Both the position numbers and the translations under genes were made by a program. This document shows, piece by piece, positions 1 through 14,500 of a DNA stretch of 64,000 nt. The DNA is from Ramazzottius varieornatus. Lineage: Eukaryota; Animalia; Tardigrada. The notes under the pieces were generated by a model. It was given only the letters and a program-made list of their open reading frames with translations, did no database searches and was not told the DNA's origin. The DNA lies in NCBI GenBank assembly GCA_001949185.1, contig BDGG01000016.1, positions 558,001-622,000 of the forward strand, read 5' to 3'. Position 1 is the stretch's first letter, and every line of letters starts with the position of its first letter.

Positions 1-2320
<2,320 letters not shown>

Positions 2321-3197
2321 AGGCTAAGGAGGATGTTATAGCACGGTATGATTGTGTGAGAAGTAGAAAGATATTTTCTATAATCGATCTCAATGAAGTC
2401 GACAGGGTGACGTTTATCAAGTCGTGATTACAGTGATTGGTGACCTATTATGTCTATAGCTGTCTTAATCCGCGCAATGCTGGGGAATCCTATGAGAAAT
2501 AAATACACTTTTATGGAATGATTGTTTGCAACAGTCAGAATTTTAATATGGCCTGTGTGCCAACCGGTTATAAAGAGAAAAGAAAGCAGGCATAAAATGA
2601 ACGTCTGACGTGCGTGCATGGCGGTTTTTGTAGCTGGTTGGCCGTAATGGTGGCTAACGTGACCCTATCAAATGCCTTTCTCACCACCGCTCTTTTGTCT
2701 TCCGCCGTTTCGCGGCTGCCAGGCGTGGACAGGACAGCATCCCGCTTGGCCGGAGTGCGTGATGATGGAATGATGCCTCACTGCAAACTGTAGCTGGATG
2801 GCCAGACGGTTAAATTACAACTGTGATTTACGATTAGCGGGGCGTTACCGACAAATTTGCGTGATCAAACACCCGGCCAGCTTGTACCAAACAGAAAGAT
2901 CAAACGATTCCACGGCATGCCCCAACCTAAGATGGCTCCTACAGTGGAAGTGCAGCACATATACGGATAACAAATCTTGGAAAAATATTCGCCTAAAGTT
3001 CCCTGCTCACGGTCAACCACTGATCAACAGCGTTTCTCTATGTAACGCAACGCGACAGCAAAAGTTTCGATCGGTACTGGTAATCAGTTGTCTTGTTTTA
3101 CAGACGAGTAGGATATTTACGCTCATGAACATTGTAAACCATGAATTCCGCTGTTCAAGAGGTTTGAGTACATCTGTAACAACTCCCGAAATTCCAG

Positions 3198-4862
3198 TCA
3201 AATTAGAGAACTGTATAGTACGAAAATGCATGAAGTGACATAGACGCAGATAGTGGATCCCGAAGGCAAGCCTGGTCGTTCAGCCCCATTCAACTCGGTT
3301 CCACCGTTTCCTATGGCACTTCCTGCCCCACTGTTTCCGGCGGCATTTGCTGCCCCACTGTTTGTTTGGTCGACTGTGGCGCCACCACCAGCTCCAGCGC
3401 CCGGAGGGACGGGGGCTGTCGTCGTTGTTGGAATTACAGCTATGACTTTTCCGTCGGAAGTCCATTGCACGCCACTATATATGTTACAGTTGTCCGCAGT
3501 GATACAGGTGCATGAGGGCTGGTTGTTAAATTTGTTCGTGTAGAAACATATCCCGCTCGGGTCCTGCGCTTGAGCGGGAGTGAATGTGGCGCCAAAGCCA
3601 GGGTAGTTGATGCAACTTCGATACACTTTGGGCACTGCAATCAAACAGTTCATGAATAGTATAAAGACCCAGCTCGTACATGCTTTTAATACAACATCAA
3701 AAAGGATTCCTTGCAGATGATCAGGTGATACGGTACGCCAGTCGAGGGTAGAATGTACTGCATGATCACCCGCAGGGGAGCAATTTTGACCTTGTAGCGG
3801 CGTGTATCGTTAGAAGACGTTCATTGTACGCGCCGGCGGAAGCAACGAGCCTCTGCATCAAGCATAAGCGACAACTTTCCACTCACTCGCCAAACTGTGG
3901 TAGTGAATCGGAAAAGACTGATTTGACTTCTGCGTGCATACACTTTTGACTTACCATTGCCATCGTTAGTAGGCGGATAGAAAACCCCGAAACATCCAGT
4001 GTTGGATGGCCCAACCTCTGGCCCCAGTACCCTGCTACATGGCGTAATGTACTTCTGCAGAACGGCGGAATCGTTTGATGCGCAGTCCGGTACGTTAGGG
4101 TTCTGGGTGTCATATCCATCACGGTACGACGAGCAGATCACGCAGGAACGAATATCTGTAAGAATGACTTTCGATCATAGAGGGTTTGTGCACTCAGAAC
4201 TCGCAATGGATTTACGCAGGTCCTCCAGCCCTAAGCCGCAAACTGTGACGGTAGAAAGACAGGGAAGAGCTTGTTCCACAAGCTGAGATAGGGCGGTCTT
4301 GCTTAAGAAATTCTTGGACTCTAGAGCGGAATTCGGGAAGAAGGGCATACATGCCGTACAAGTCTGGATCCCATGACTTAGAGTTCTTCGATCAGAACTA
4401 CTGATTGCCCACAGCTGATCAGCCTTTGCATCGTATGGCGTGCCTTGGAACAACGTGAGCATGGAATGGAACGCAAGTAGGGGTTAGTTGCCGAGCAACT
4501 GATCGTTCTGTGGTCAGTCGATAGTGCTGATCGAAGAACTCCACGTCATGGGATCCAGACTTGTACGGCATGTATGCCCTTCTTCCCGAATTCCGCCCTG
4601 GAGTCCAAGATTTTTTGAAGCGGGACTGCCCTATCTTAGCTTGTGGAACAAGCTCTTCGCTATCTTTCTGCCGTCACGGTATGCGGCTTAGAGCTGGAGG
4701 ACTTGCGTAAATCCCTGTACCCCGTATAGTATTGACATGAGTTTTACCGTTTGTTCACTGTCGACACCGCACTATTGATCGTATTGTTAACCAACCTGCG
4801 GTGTCCGACGTCATAGGATGGCCCAACAAAATAAACAGTCCCATGTACTGCCACAGGTGCAT
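3198..4862 (-). CDS. Ly6/uPAR three-finger (quiver/sleepless-like) GPI-anchored protein; exons 4862-4796, 4155-3955, 3634-3198
   Basis: Putative signal exon MHLWQYMGLFILLGHPMTSDTA, then DIRSCVICSS...PDC...TPC...GC...VYRSC...GIC...SCTCITADNCN (10 Cys ending in CN), a Thr/Gly/Ala stalk and a hydrophobic C-terminus. Both introns are phase 1. The first exon is the least certain. Confidence 0.75.
4208..4714. ncRNA. Long inverted repeat / candidate hairpin RNA: arms ~4208-4422 and ~4499-4714, ~75-nt loop
   Basis: The arms are about 90% complementary, with a perfect 52-bp core (4326-4377 with 4545-4596). The repeat itself is certain; RNA function is inferred. Confidence 0.6.
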
Positions 4863-5953
4863 GTTATCTATGTGCTCAGTCTGGCGAAGCGGTGCTGGAT
4901 TCCTTAGCATAAGGGACACTCCAGTCGTTGTGAATATCACGAAATCGATTCTTAGGTCAAAAGACGCGCAGGTAGACACCGTTCCGAAATACCAAGTGTC
5001 GCTCTTGAAATAAGTGCTGTACTGGTTTGGGTTTGACGAACTTTGGTTTCTGAATTTTGGCGTCTTGGAGCTCCGTTGCTAATGACGGGAGAACATTTAC
5101 TAGTAGCAATGCTCACCCGGGCAACATCCCGTGCGTCGTTGCAAACGGTTCATCCAGAGAAAAGACCTCCATACTCCATAACCAAAACGCGATTTCTCTG
5201 CAGCAACATCTGGAAACTGCTTTCACAGCTTGGAGTCAAGTCGGAAAGTCGGAAAACCGAAGTAGATACGCTCTGGTGTAATATGATTGCGCGGTCGTGA
5301 ACTTCGGTTGCTGTACACGTGTACTTTTGGGAGTTAGAATTACAAAAAAGTACCGTGTCGTCACCAAAGGCTCAACACCGCTGCCGTCGACATTTTCTGC
5401 TTTTGAAACGCAAGCTTATGAATAACGCATGATAAGCGAACGCGGATGATTCGAATTTGGGCATCTTGAGGTCGTGTGATCTCCCCGATGGGTAACGTCG
5501 ATACAGCTAGACTCGATGTGGCACACAGTCTGGGCGTGGTGCCGAGGAGGACGGGACAGCTCGGTGCACCAGCCTTCCACCTGTTCCTCCGAGCCACGCC
5601 GGTCATGTTGGCGAACCCAGAGACCCCTTTTCATTGAAACAAAAATCAAAGGAGCATGAGGGGTGGGATGGCAGTTGCAGCATTCGGGAACTTGTGCCAA
5701 TGAACGTGTGTGTTGGGAATGTTTCGTCGAGAAAACTTCACGAACACATTTATACGGGATAAACTCTGCCGGGAAGCAGGAGGAGTTGACAGTCAGACGA
5801 GATGAATTACTGGATGGAGTTAGCGAACAGGGAAATACATTTGAGCCGACCAACGTTATTGCGGATCTTTCGGCAAACTCTCTCCCGGACATTTACGAAC
5901 TACTGGTTCCACTGAAAGTACTGGTCGACTTTCCCCAAAAACTTGACACAGCC

Positions 5954-6400
5954 TCAGTATAGCCCTCCACGCTCTTCTCTATTGATGAGGCTTTGAGAAT
6001 CAGAGCAGTAGGCCCTGTTTGTTTGAGGGAACAAAATTGCGCACGACGTCAGGCATATGCCGGCTTTCGCGCAGCAAATGAAATTATTTGCCGTTCTTTT
6101 TCCAAAGTCACTTAGAGTAAACTTCCCCAGGCAGGCGCGTTTGTCCAGGTTGAGAACCAGCTTCGCCTGGTTTGCCGATTTCACAGTGTCGGCCATGAAT
6201 GTGATTAGCTTTACGGCGGCTAGCGGTATTAATATTGTTGGCTCTTGACTGGAGACATTTCCGTCATCAGCGAAGTACTCCGATGCAACTTCCCTGTTCG
6301 TTTCCATTTGGTGGAGCAAAGGTTTGAGGTGGATGGTATACAGAAAAGGACCCAAGCAGGTTCTAGCTATGTTGCACCCGGACATGACCACCTAAGGATC
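5954..6400 (-). mobile_element. Degenerate non-LTR (LINE) retrotransposon reverse-transcriptase fragment
   Basis: SGCNIARTCLGPFLYTIH...EYFADD...KLVLNLDK resembles the RT subdomains (SGVPQGSxLGPxLF, Y/FADD, LxLNxxK). The PQG motif has decayed and there is no long ORF. Confidence 0.7.
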
Positions 6401-6660
6401 AATTAGACAATTCTCGATCCTGTCCATTTCCGGAACGGCCTGCCACCAGAAACAGAACGACGACGAACAGGATCGTTCCGAGCTAGAAAAGCTGTCCTGT
6501 AAATTGGGTTGCCGTTATCCAGGTTGCTCCAAGCACTGCATTCTTGAAGCACTATTAATTTCTGACTGGTAGCAAGATTAGGTCTGTCCCTATGACTTTG
6601 CGGGTTTTCGTATCCGTAGTTAAAAAATTAATATGTCTAGAATTTATATATAATTTATAT

Positions 6661-6699
6661 GGCAAAGGTGGAAGTGTCTGGGACACTTCCACCTTTGCC
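6661..6699. repeat. Perfect hairpin, 18-bp stem and 3-nt loop
   Basis: ggcaaaggtggaagtgtc-tgg-gacacttccacctttgcc. Confidence 0.9.
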
Positions 6700-7617
6700 C
6701 TCCCACCTTGACACATATGATGCCTCAAGTATCTTTGCTTAAAAATGCAGTAAACTGTCCATGGCAGGTGTTCCCAACATGTCCTGGAAATGTTTTAACT
6801 TATCGCAAAATTCTGAAAAATTCGTTTAGTTTGCTGTGTTAACCAAAGCTCTTCGCCTAGTTGGGTTAGGAATTCAAGCTGCATACGAAACAACAGCTGG
6901 ATAAATCTACCTCGGAGAGCAGGCAAAATTTTGGGCCAGAATGCTTTTTCCGGGAAGCTAGCCAGTTTTAAATTAACCTCTAAAAAACAGTCAACTTTCA
7001 GAAAAACCGAGTGTCTTGCAAGGCTCCTCGGCGATCAAACCTTTCCAAACTGGGAGTGGTGTTAAGAGACAGGTCAGCAGTGTCCCTCAGCACAACATCA
7101 AAAGGATCGGTCAAAGCCGTGAGACAGGAGAAACTAGAACTCTAATGCCTCACTGAACTCACGTACCTCAGACAACGCTGCACACCACCCGGTTTTTCAA
7201 ACAATCTGTCTCCTGAAATTCTGCTGGCTGATTTTTCATGCCCTGCATTCTCCATTAGTAAGCACGAGTGACTTTGTACAAAAGTATCGACTACTTGGAT
7301 CGGGCCAGCGCTTTCCAGAGAGACCAGTTTCCGAATGAGACTCAGTTTTGAGTGTCCTCCATTTCTTCGATAATTCTTATTATTTTCTAAGACGTTTACA
7401 GCGGCTGGCTTTCTTCTTCAAAAGTTGACAAAAGACTGCTACTAACATGTAACCTAATAAGTTAGACTTTGGCAGTCGTCATACAAAGTCGCAGAACGGT
7501 TTCAAAGATGATCCGCCGAAAACTGCAAGGTCATAGGGAAAGACCTAATATAACGGCACATGCATGCAGCGCGCCATGTTACTGTTCAGAAGTTGTTAGT
7601 GCTCGAGAAATACTGTA

Positions 7618-8061
7618 CACGCACGACGAGATATTACGGGCCAGTAAAAATTACGGACCAGGCCTTTTCGCTATGGCGGGACGGACAGGTGATTCTTGCT
7701 TCAAGTAAAAACCACATCGAAGGCTGCACTGCTGTACGTGCGTTCTGGATATTGGGCCGAGGAGCTAAAGCTTGTCATATCAATGTTATAGCAGTGAGAT
7801 CTTCATTATACCTTCAACAGTTCAAACTATTCCAAGGCTTCTCCGGCCTCCGAGAGAAAGTCGACAGCATCATACACGCGTTAGAGTAAAACAGCTGATC
7901 AGCTGATGGCCACTGTCCATGACAATTTTCTACGGTTGAATTTTACTACGCAACGTCATTTGTGCGATTTCTGTTTCTGACTTCCATACAATTTGTAAAT
8001 TTGCCGTCTTTTCCGCCTGGCCCGTAATTTTTACTGGCCTATAATATCCTCGTCGTGCGTG
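7618..8061. mobile_element. MITE with ~46-bp imperfect TIRs starting CAC, TA target-site duplication
   Basis: TA|cacgcacgacgag-atattacgggccagtaaaaattacggaccaggc ... gcctggcccgtaatttttactggcctataatatcctcgtcgtgcgtg|TA. Confidence 0.8.
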
Positions 8062-8569
8062 TACCTTCGGTTTGTGTATCGATAACACAATGTTCGAGCA
8101 GTAAAGACGCACGATCAGAAGCTAATTCAAAAACACTTGATCGCTATCTCAAAACCGGTTATCTCCCCCGTAGATGCATTTACAGGCCGAATAAGTGCTG
8201 CATATCACAACACTCCGCATACAGTACCACATACTCGGAGGTCGATCTTCACTATGTTAAGACCGCATGAGTGAAACTAAGAGCCTCTGCTCTTGTGGAA
8301 AGTAGGTCGTTCGACCTTGAAATATTCTTCTGCATGCTCATGCTTCATAAACAGGTGAACCTCACTAGAATATCGTATTGCACGTGTGACTTGTAATTTC
8401 ACTGCAGCGTTCCGCGTTTACCCTGTTGATATGACGTCGGTCCGTGCGGTAACGCAAAGCCTGGAGATTCGACATTTGTAATCTTTACACCGTACGTAGG
8501 TGTTCGAGGAACCCTTGCTACCATCGTCGATGGGTTGGACGAGAGCTCTGACAGGTGCACTTACAGTAA

Positions 8570-11500
8570 ATGGGCAAGTGTACCATGCGAGAAGCTGGTC
8601 TGATCACAACTAACTTTCGGAATGATGAAGACACTATCACGTATCCATTCCCCCTTGTGCGAGGATATGTCACTCTTCCCGATGGCCAGATCTGCCATGA
8701 AGTGTTCGTTCAAGTCCAGAAAATTTCAGTGGACTGCATGAACCAGCTGGAGGGAGAAGACGATGCTGTTGTCCCTGCATTCGAAGCCGCATGGCCTGTC
8801 GCAAAACGAAGCTTTCGCGGTGTGGTGCGCCTGCAGGTAAACTTTTCGAGCAATTTCACGCCATCGTAAATACCTGACGCAGTGTCCTTCCCTGGCACAG
8901 TAAACGGTTCTACAGTAAATACGCCCGTTCTATCACGTAGTACATTGTTCTTGTAGTTGGGACGGAACCAAGTGGTACTTTCGGCTTTCCTGCCCCACTG
9001 TGATACGTTTGTGCAATTGGAGCTCTTCCTAACCTATGTCCCTGTCCAACATCCTTCCCGCTTCGTCCTGCCCATATATATAGTCTGCGCAGATGGCGAT
9101 GGTTCGTTTCAAGCGGAAGCCGACGAAGTATCGTCCTTGGAAAGCGCGGCTCGTCGCATCGCTACCGGAGCTGCTCTCTTGCAGAGCGCCACCGCGGATA
9201 GCCTAGTCCTTGAGGGTTTTGCTCGAAAGACTTTTCACCTGGCGTTGGATGAAGCTAGGCTTCCGCGATGCGAAGTCTTTCGGACACGCCTAAAAACTCA
9301 AGATTTGTACGAGATGCGAGATGAGGCGCTTTGGCAGTTCCTGCGAAGCGAACTGAATAAGGGCTTTTCACAGTACGTTGATGGATGCAAGTTCCTGGCG
9401 TTTGTATCCGCAACGAGATTTTGCCATCCCGAGGATGAAGAACCTCCGCTTTTGTATGAAGATTTGCTCAAGTATACCAAGGGGCATGTGGCTCTCGGTG
9501 GATCAAGTAAGTATGCCTCACGCTCACGGTCTTTCACACTACCTGACTGGTGTTGGCTACCGCTAGGCGGCAGCACTAGTGTGAGTATTTCGATGCTCAA
9601 CGCTACTTTCGGGTTTCAGATCTGGCGCTCTACGGGACCGGCTGTTTGTACACGTGGCCTGAAACGTTGGAGGAACTACCACAGCGGTTATTCGACGCTC
9701 GAATTGTAAATCGGAGAGCTTTTCTGGACGACAGTGCCTACAGGTAGACGGTGATACAAATACGGATTCAGATTTAAACAAAGTGCGAAATTGCTGAATT
9801 GAGTTCTCAGAGGAGACTGATGATGCTTGGACGCGTGGCTCCACCTGAATTAAAAATCTTTTCAAATGGGGGTTCCTATGTCATTTAGATCGTTCTTACT
9901 GAGGGTATCGCAGTGTTTAGTGTAGACCAGTAACCGCCACACGTGCGCTTTCTGGCATCACGATTTAAATGACAATACATGTGTGTAGTGGGCGGCAAAC
10001 AAGCTATTATTGCAGAGTATTACGTTGCGCCAGGTCATATTTATTGTCAACAAAGACACCTGCCATATAAAAGAAGTAACGTACCCCCGTTTTGTTTATA
10101 AAAGACTAGGAAAAGGGGCGATCATGATGACATTACCTATCGGACAATATTAGCAGATGGCGAGCAACGCCCTTTCAGTGTACATTTGCCACACGAAAAA
10201 TAAGCAATCCACGTCTAACATATATTACGTAGGTTTCCAAATCTTCTTACAAAGACCTTTTTTTTCTGTGTGAGACCAGAAAAGACTTGGTTGTTAGTTC
10301 CTACCGAAAAAGCCGAGAAGTTGTCCGATATCGTTCTCCACAAGTTCTCTGTGCCATCCGTCTTGACATGTTTTTCCTCACTCTCCGTTGTTGACCCATT
10401 CATGAACCCTAGCCCTTTTTGCAAGCGCAAACGCTTGGCCATTTTCAAAAAAGTTTTACGACACGGACGTGTGCCTGCGTTGTTCGCCGAGTAACCAGCA
10501 ACGCACAAGATTGCGGTGCATTCCGGGCTGGTCATCTGCATTCTTTCTTAGCACGCGCATCATTGATGTATTTCTGAGCATCAGATCAACGCCTGCTCAA
10601 GTGGTCTCTGGTTTCCGCAGGGGTCAACGTTGGGCCTGCTTCAGTACAAGCCTAGGAGCAGCCTGGCACGAGCTGGGTCACACGTTTGATTTGGGACATG
10701 CCAAACTGGGTATCATGGCACGCGGATTCGAGGATATCTTCGAACTCTTCACTGCCGTCGAGCCACCGCTAGAGCATCCAAGTCAGCCTGTTTGCGCTTC
10801 CGTTGGAGTTGTTCACACACCCAGAGCGAAGCCATCGGCTACTTCAGCACCTATTGCGTATACGGAAAATTTTGTCCTACAGGTAAGAATCAGACGCCCA
10901 TGATACCGTTGGGTTTTCAAAGATAACGACTGGAGCAATGAGAACGGCATATTAGTTATGTGTTTGGTGTAGACGGTTAAAATGATACTGTGCGCCGTAT
11001 CATTAGTATGCGGTAGGTGAGGTACACTGGAATCAGATTTCGAGCAATGGAGGATTTATTATGATTTGATTTCTGCTGACATTTAATAAAAAGGTATATA
11101 AAGGGAAATTTTTTCTATTGTGTATGGTAGAGCCAAGTAGATTTTACACTCGTAAAAAGAGATCGAAAAGCCGTCAGTCAGTGTACCTGAATAGCTAAGT
11201 CTCAATCACCATGCTTTGTCGAGCTCAAATCATACTGTTTTAAAAATGAACGGTGCTGTTTTGTCATGCACTTTCCATGAAAAAATAGAGGCCGAACCAG
11301 TACAATCTCTTATTCTCTATAGTCCTTTACCCATGTAACGGCTTCGAAGCCTTCGATGGAGTTTCCCACTGACTTCACCTTGGACTCTTAAGCAAAGCGG
11401 GCCACTGATGCTTCTCGAGTATACTGTACGGTGTGTTGTTTACCGCACTTGACTAAAGTTCTCGAGCTCGAAGTGCCAACTCATCTTGGTGATACTTGTG

Positions 11501-14500
11501 CAAAACAAGAGTTATCCAGCCGCTCTCTCGATGTCGTATATAAACTGACAAGAGTAAATCAATTAGATTTTTGATTGGCCAATAGCTTGAGGGCTTCAGT
11601 ATATTTGTGCCACTTTTGCCGACACTTGTTTCCATCCGTCGCGAACGGCCATCACGTTGATTAATCACCCTCGCTTGTTCCTCCGATCGGAGAGCTGGCG
11701 CGGCGGAGAAAGATCTGTGAGAGCTGTCCGCCCATCTGCTAACCCAGATACCTCTTTCAGGCTCATGTACGACAGGCGTGCATATTTTGTCGCGCACAGC
11801 GGTAACGGCATAAAGTTGCAACATACAATGGCGAACTAAGAGAGAGCTTGACGTGCTAAGCGCATACGAACCACAATAGCATTGTAGCAGCACTACTTGG
11901 CGCACCACCAAGTGTATCAAGTCAAATCAAGATGGGACCGTCGAGTACGCACTCGGCGTTACCCATAATTTATACGGAGATATACTGTAAGAAAAATGGC
12001 TAGATTAGTCTTCGTTTTGTTGTACGTGCTGATCGGATCTCGATTACGAATGATGATTTAGAAGAGTGAAGATCTACAGCTGATGCGAGCATTTAACCGG
12101 CAACACAAGCGGCGTCTTCCGTTTACTCAACGCCGCATCAAGTCAGAAGTTTCGTTATTGAGGCTCAACTTCTTGACTCGATTTGTTGTTTTCATGTTAA
12201 TCCGGCTGGTACTCCGTCTTAGTGCTGGCCAGTTCGTAATCGAGCCCACCGAGGAACATCGAGACCGGATAGGGGTATCGCTCACTTTGATTTCTCAACA
12301 TCAATATTGTTGAGCTTCGCCTCTGCAGTTTCGAGTATTGTCCGAACAACGTCAGACTCACCAGGTTCTCTGACCAGCAGAATCTTGGGGGCTACGTCAG
12401 CTATAGGTACAGGCTGTTGAGTTCTGAACAGAATAACGTATCGTGTTACGTGTGAGCAGTCCATGCAATGGTTCATGGGTCATCGCTAACATCTGTTCTT
12501 GCTTTTTGCAGGAGGCGGAATTACCGGCTCAAGATCATCGGATTATTCGCTCAGCACCGGCAAAACCTAACCGCTTGTCCTCAAACTCAGTTCGCGTCAC
12601 CTTTGCTCCTTATTTGGATATCAGAAGAGCCCCATCATCACACAGCTGTACAGAGATGGATACTGTAGTCGTGGAACCACAGGACGTGGTCGAGCAACGT
12701 AAAGAAAGCCGCTCTCTGGCTTCAAAAGGTGAGCTATTGAACCAAGCCACTCTACAGGGGGCAGGCCGTGACACTAGTCATAAACTTGGAAATGTATCGC
12801 AAACGGGGGAAGCGCTCAAGTACCGTCTGTGCCTTTCTGAGGAGGACATTCAGAGAGGCAGTGAGAAAGAAGTGGGAAGTCCTGCTTCCTACTCACTCGC
12901 AGACTTACTGAGGGCACCAATGACCACATCGAGTCGTGTTTCCTGGAATCAATATTTATTTCAGATCGTACTGTATAAAAGTTTTACCGAAGACAAACAA
13001 TTAGCTAGTGTACTCTGTCAGCGCTTATATCGCTCTTACGGCAAGAACTGGAAGAGAGGCAAAGGCGAGATTTTCGACCTGCAAGGGATTTTCCTCTGCA
13101 AGGGATTTCCTCTTATACCTTGATGCCGACTGTCCTGTGTCTCTCATTCTTCCACTTTCAAATGGCTGGTAGCTTGTTCTAACGCAAGTTCTGCAGAAAT
13201 TTTATCGAAATAATGTTTTGTGCGCTGATATTGGACTGAGAACGCGAACGATGCGCACATAAGAGCAATGGTTCAATGGAATAGCTGTCTGTTCTCTTCC
13301 CCACCTTCCCCGTTCGTAGATTGAGGCGAAAGAGTTTCACAGCCTGTCCCCTGTAGAGTGGCTTTGTACTGAACTACCAAATGACTACTGGCAGGATCAA
13401 CCGGGTAATTTAAGCAATAGTTCGAGACGTCTTTCTCAAAACGCAATGGCAAGACTGCAAGTTGCGCTGCATGAGATCGGAAAGACAAGCTCCCCGTTAG
13501 ATCACTACTGTAGTTTCGCTTTTTCGGCACATGTCTGCCGGACATTTCGTCCCACAGCAGTGATCAGCCTAATCAAAAGACCGGTGTCGCCATCAAGCTG
13601 TCACTTATTGCGCTTACTTTCATTCTTTAGCTCGGTTTTGATGTCAAATAACAGCGCAGCGTTTTATGAAACTTCCGGTATGCTTTTTGCCACTGTAGAA
13701 CAAAATCGGCGTGTTGTAATGCACAGAGACACCTGTCAAATTTAGTATCTGCTAACCTTATTAGAAAGCGATTTCGAAGTCGAAATTCGGCGTCGACCTA
13801 AAAATCACTTTTCCTAAGGTCTATAAGACGCTACACAGTGCACCCTGGTTCGGATTTGATGCTCGAGAAGCTTTAGATTGACGAGCAGGGGTGTACCAAA
13901 GACTGCTTGTACATGATTTTGGGTATCACTGCCATTCGATTGATTTGGGGAGGCCTTCGGACTGAATAATGATCGCCGAATTTAGTTCGCGCTGCACTCA
14001 AATTTTTGGACGACGAGCAAAGTACTTTTAGGTCTGTATGGTATCATGCTCGAGAGTATGGTATTCCCGAAGCTCACCCTGCAGAGGGATTTTCGACATT
14101 AAACGTATAATCGTTTCACCGAAGATCCAACTGATTTTACTAGTGGCTAAAATCCGGTACTACTCAATTAACTGAGCGTGCGTCAGTTCATGAGCTTCAG
14201 TCTTCAATCAAAAACCTCTTTTCTTCAGGAATAATTCGACCGTGTGAATTCCGTAGGTCCACTTCTTGCAGTATAAAGCCTCCGAACAAAGGTGCTAAGT
14301 GAATTACTGCGACAGCTTGCGACGTTTACAATTAGTGATATTGAGCGTGAAATGTGCCTGCAAATTCTGAGCGGACTATCAGTTTGACGAATGTTTTGTG
14401 TTTAATTGCTCTAGTTGCTTGTTGTGCTGTTTACTAGAGTCGATCTTACAGCGATGATTCGGCTACGATATCTATGATTCAGAAGGTCAGTTGAGATTGC

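Noticed and set aside
4175-4462. 95-aa minus-strand ORF within the long hairpin
   Set aside because: It has no recognisable motif, and the equivalent frame in the other arm is interrupted by a stop.
13780-14300. MITE-like interior sequence in a peptidase intron, with caccctg motifs
   Set aside because: I could not pair TIRs or find a TSD.
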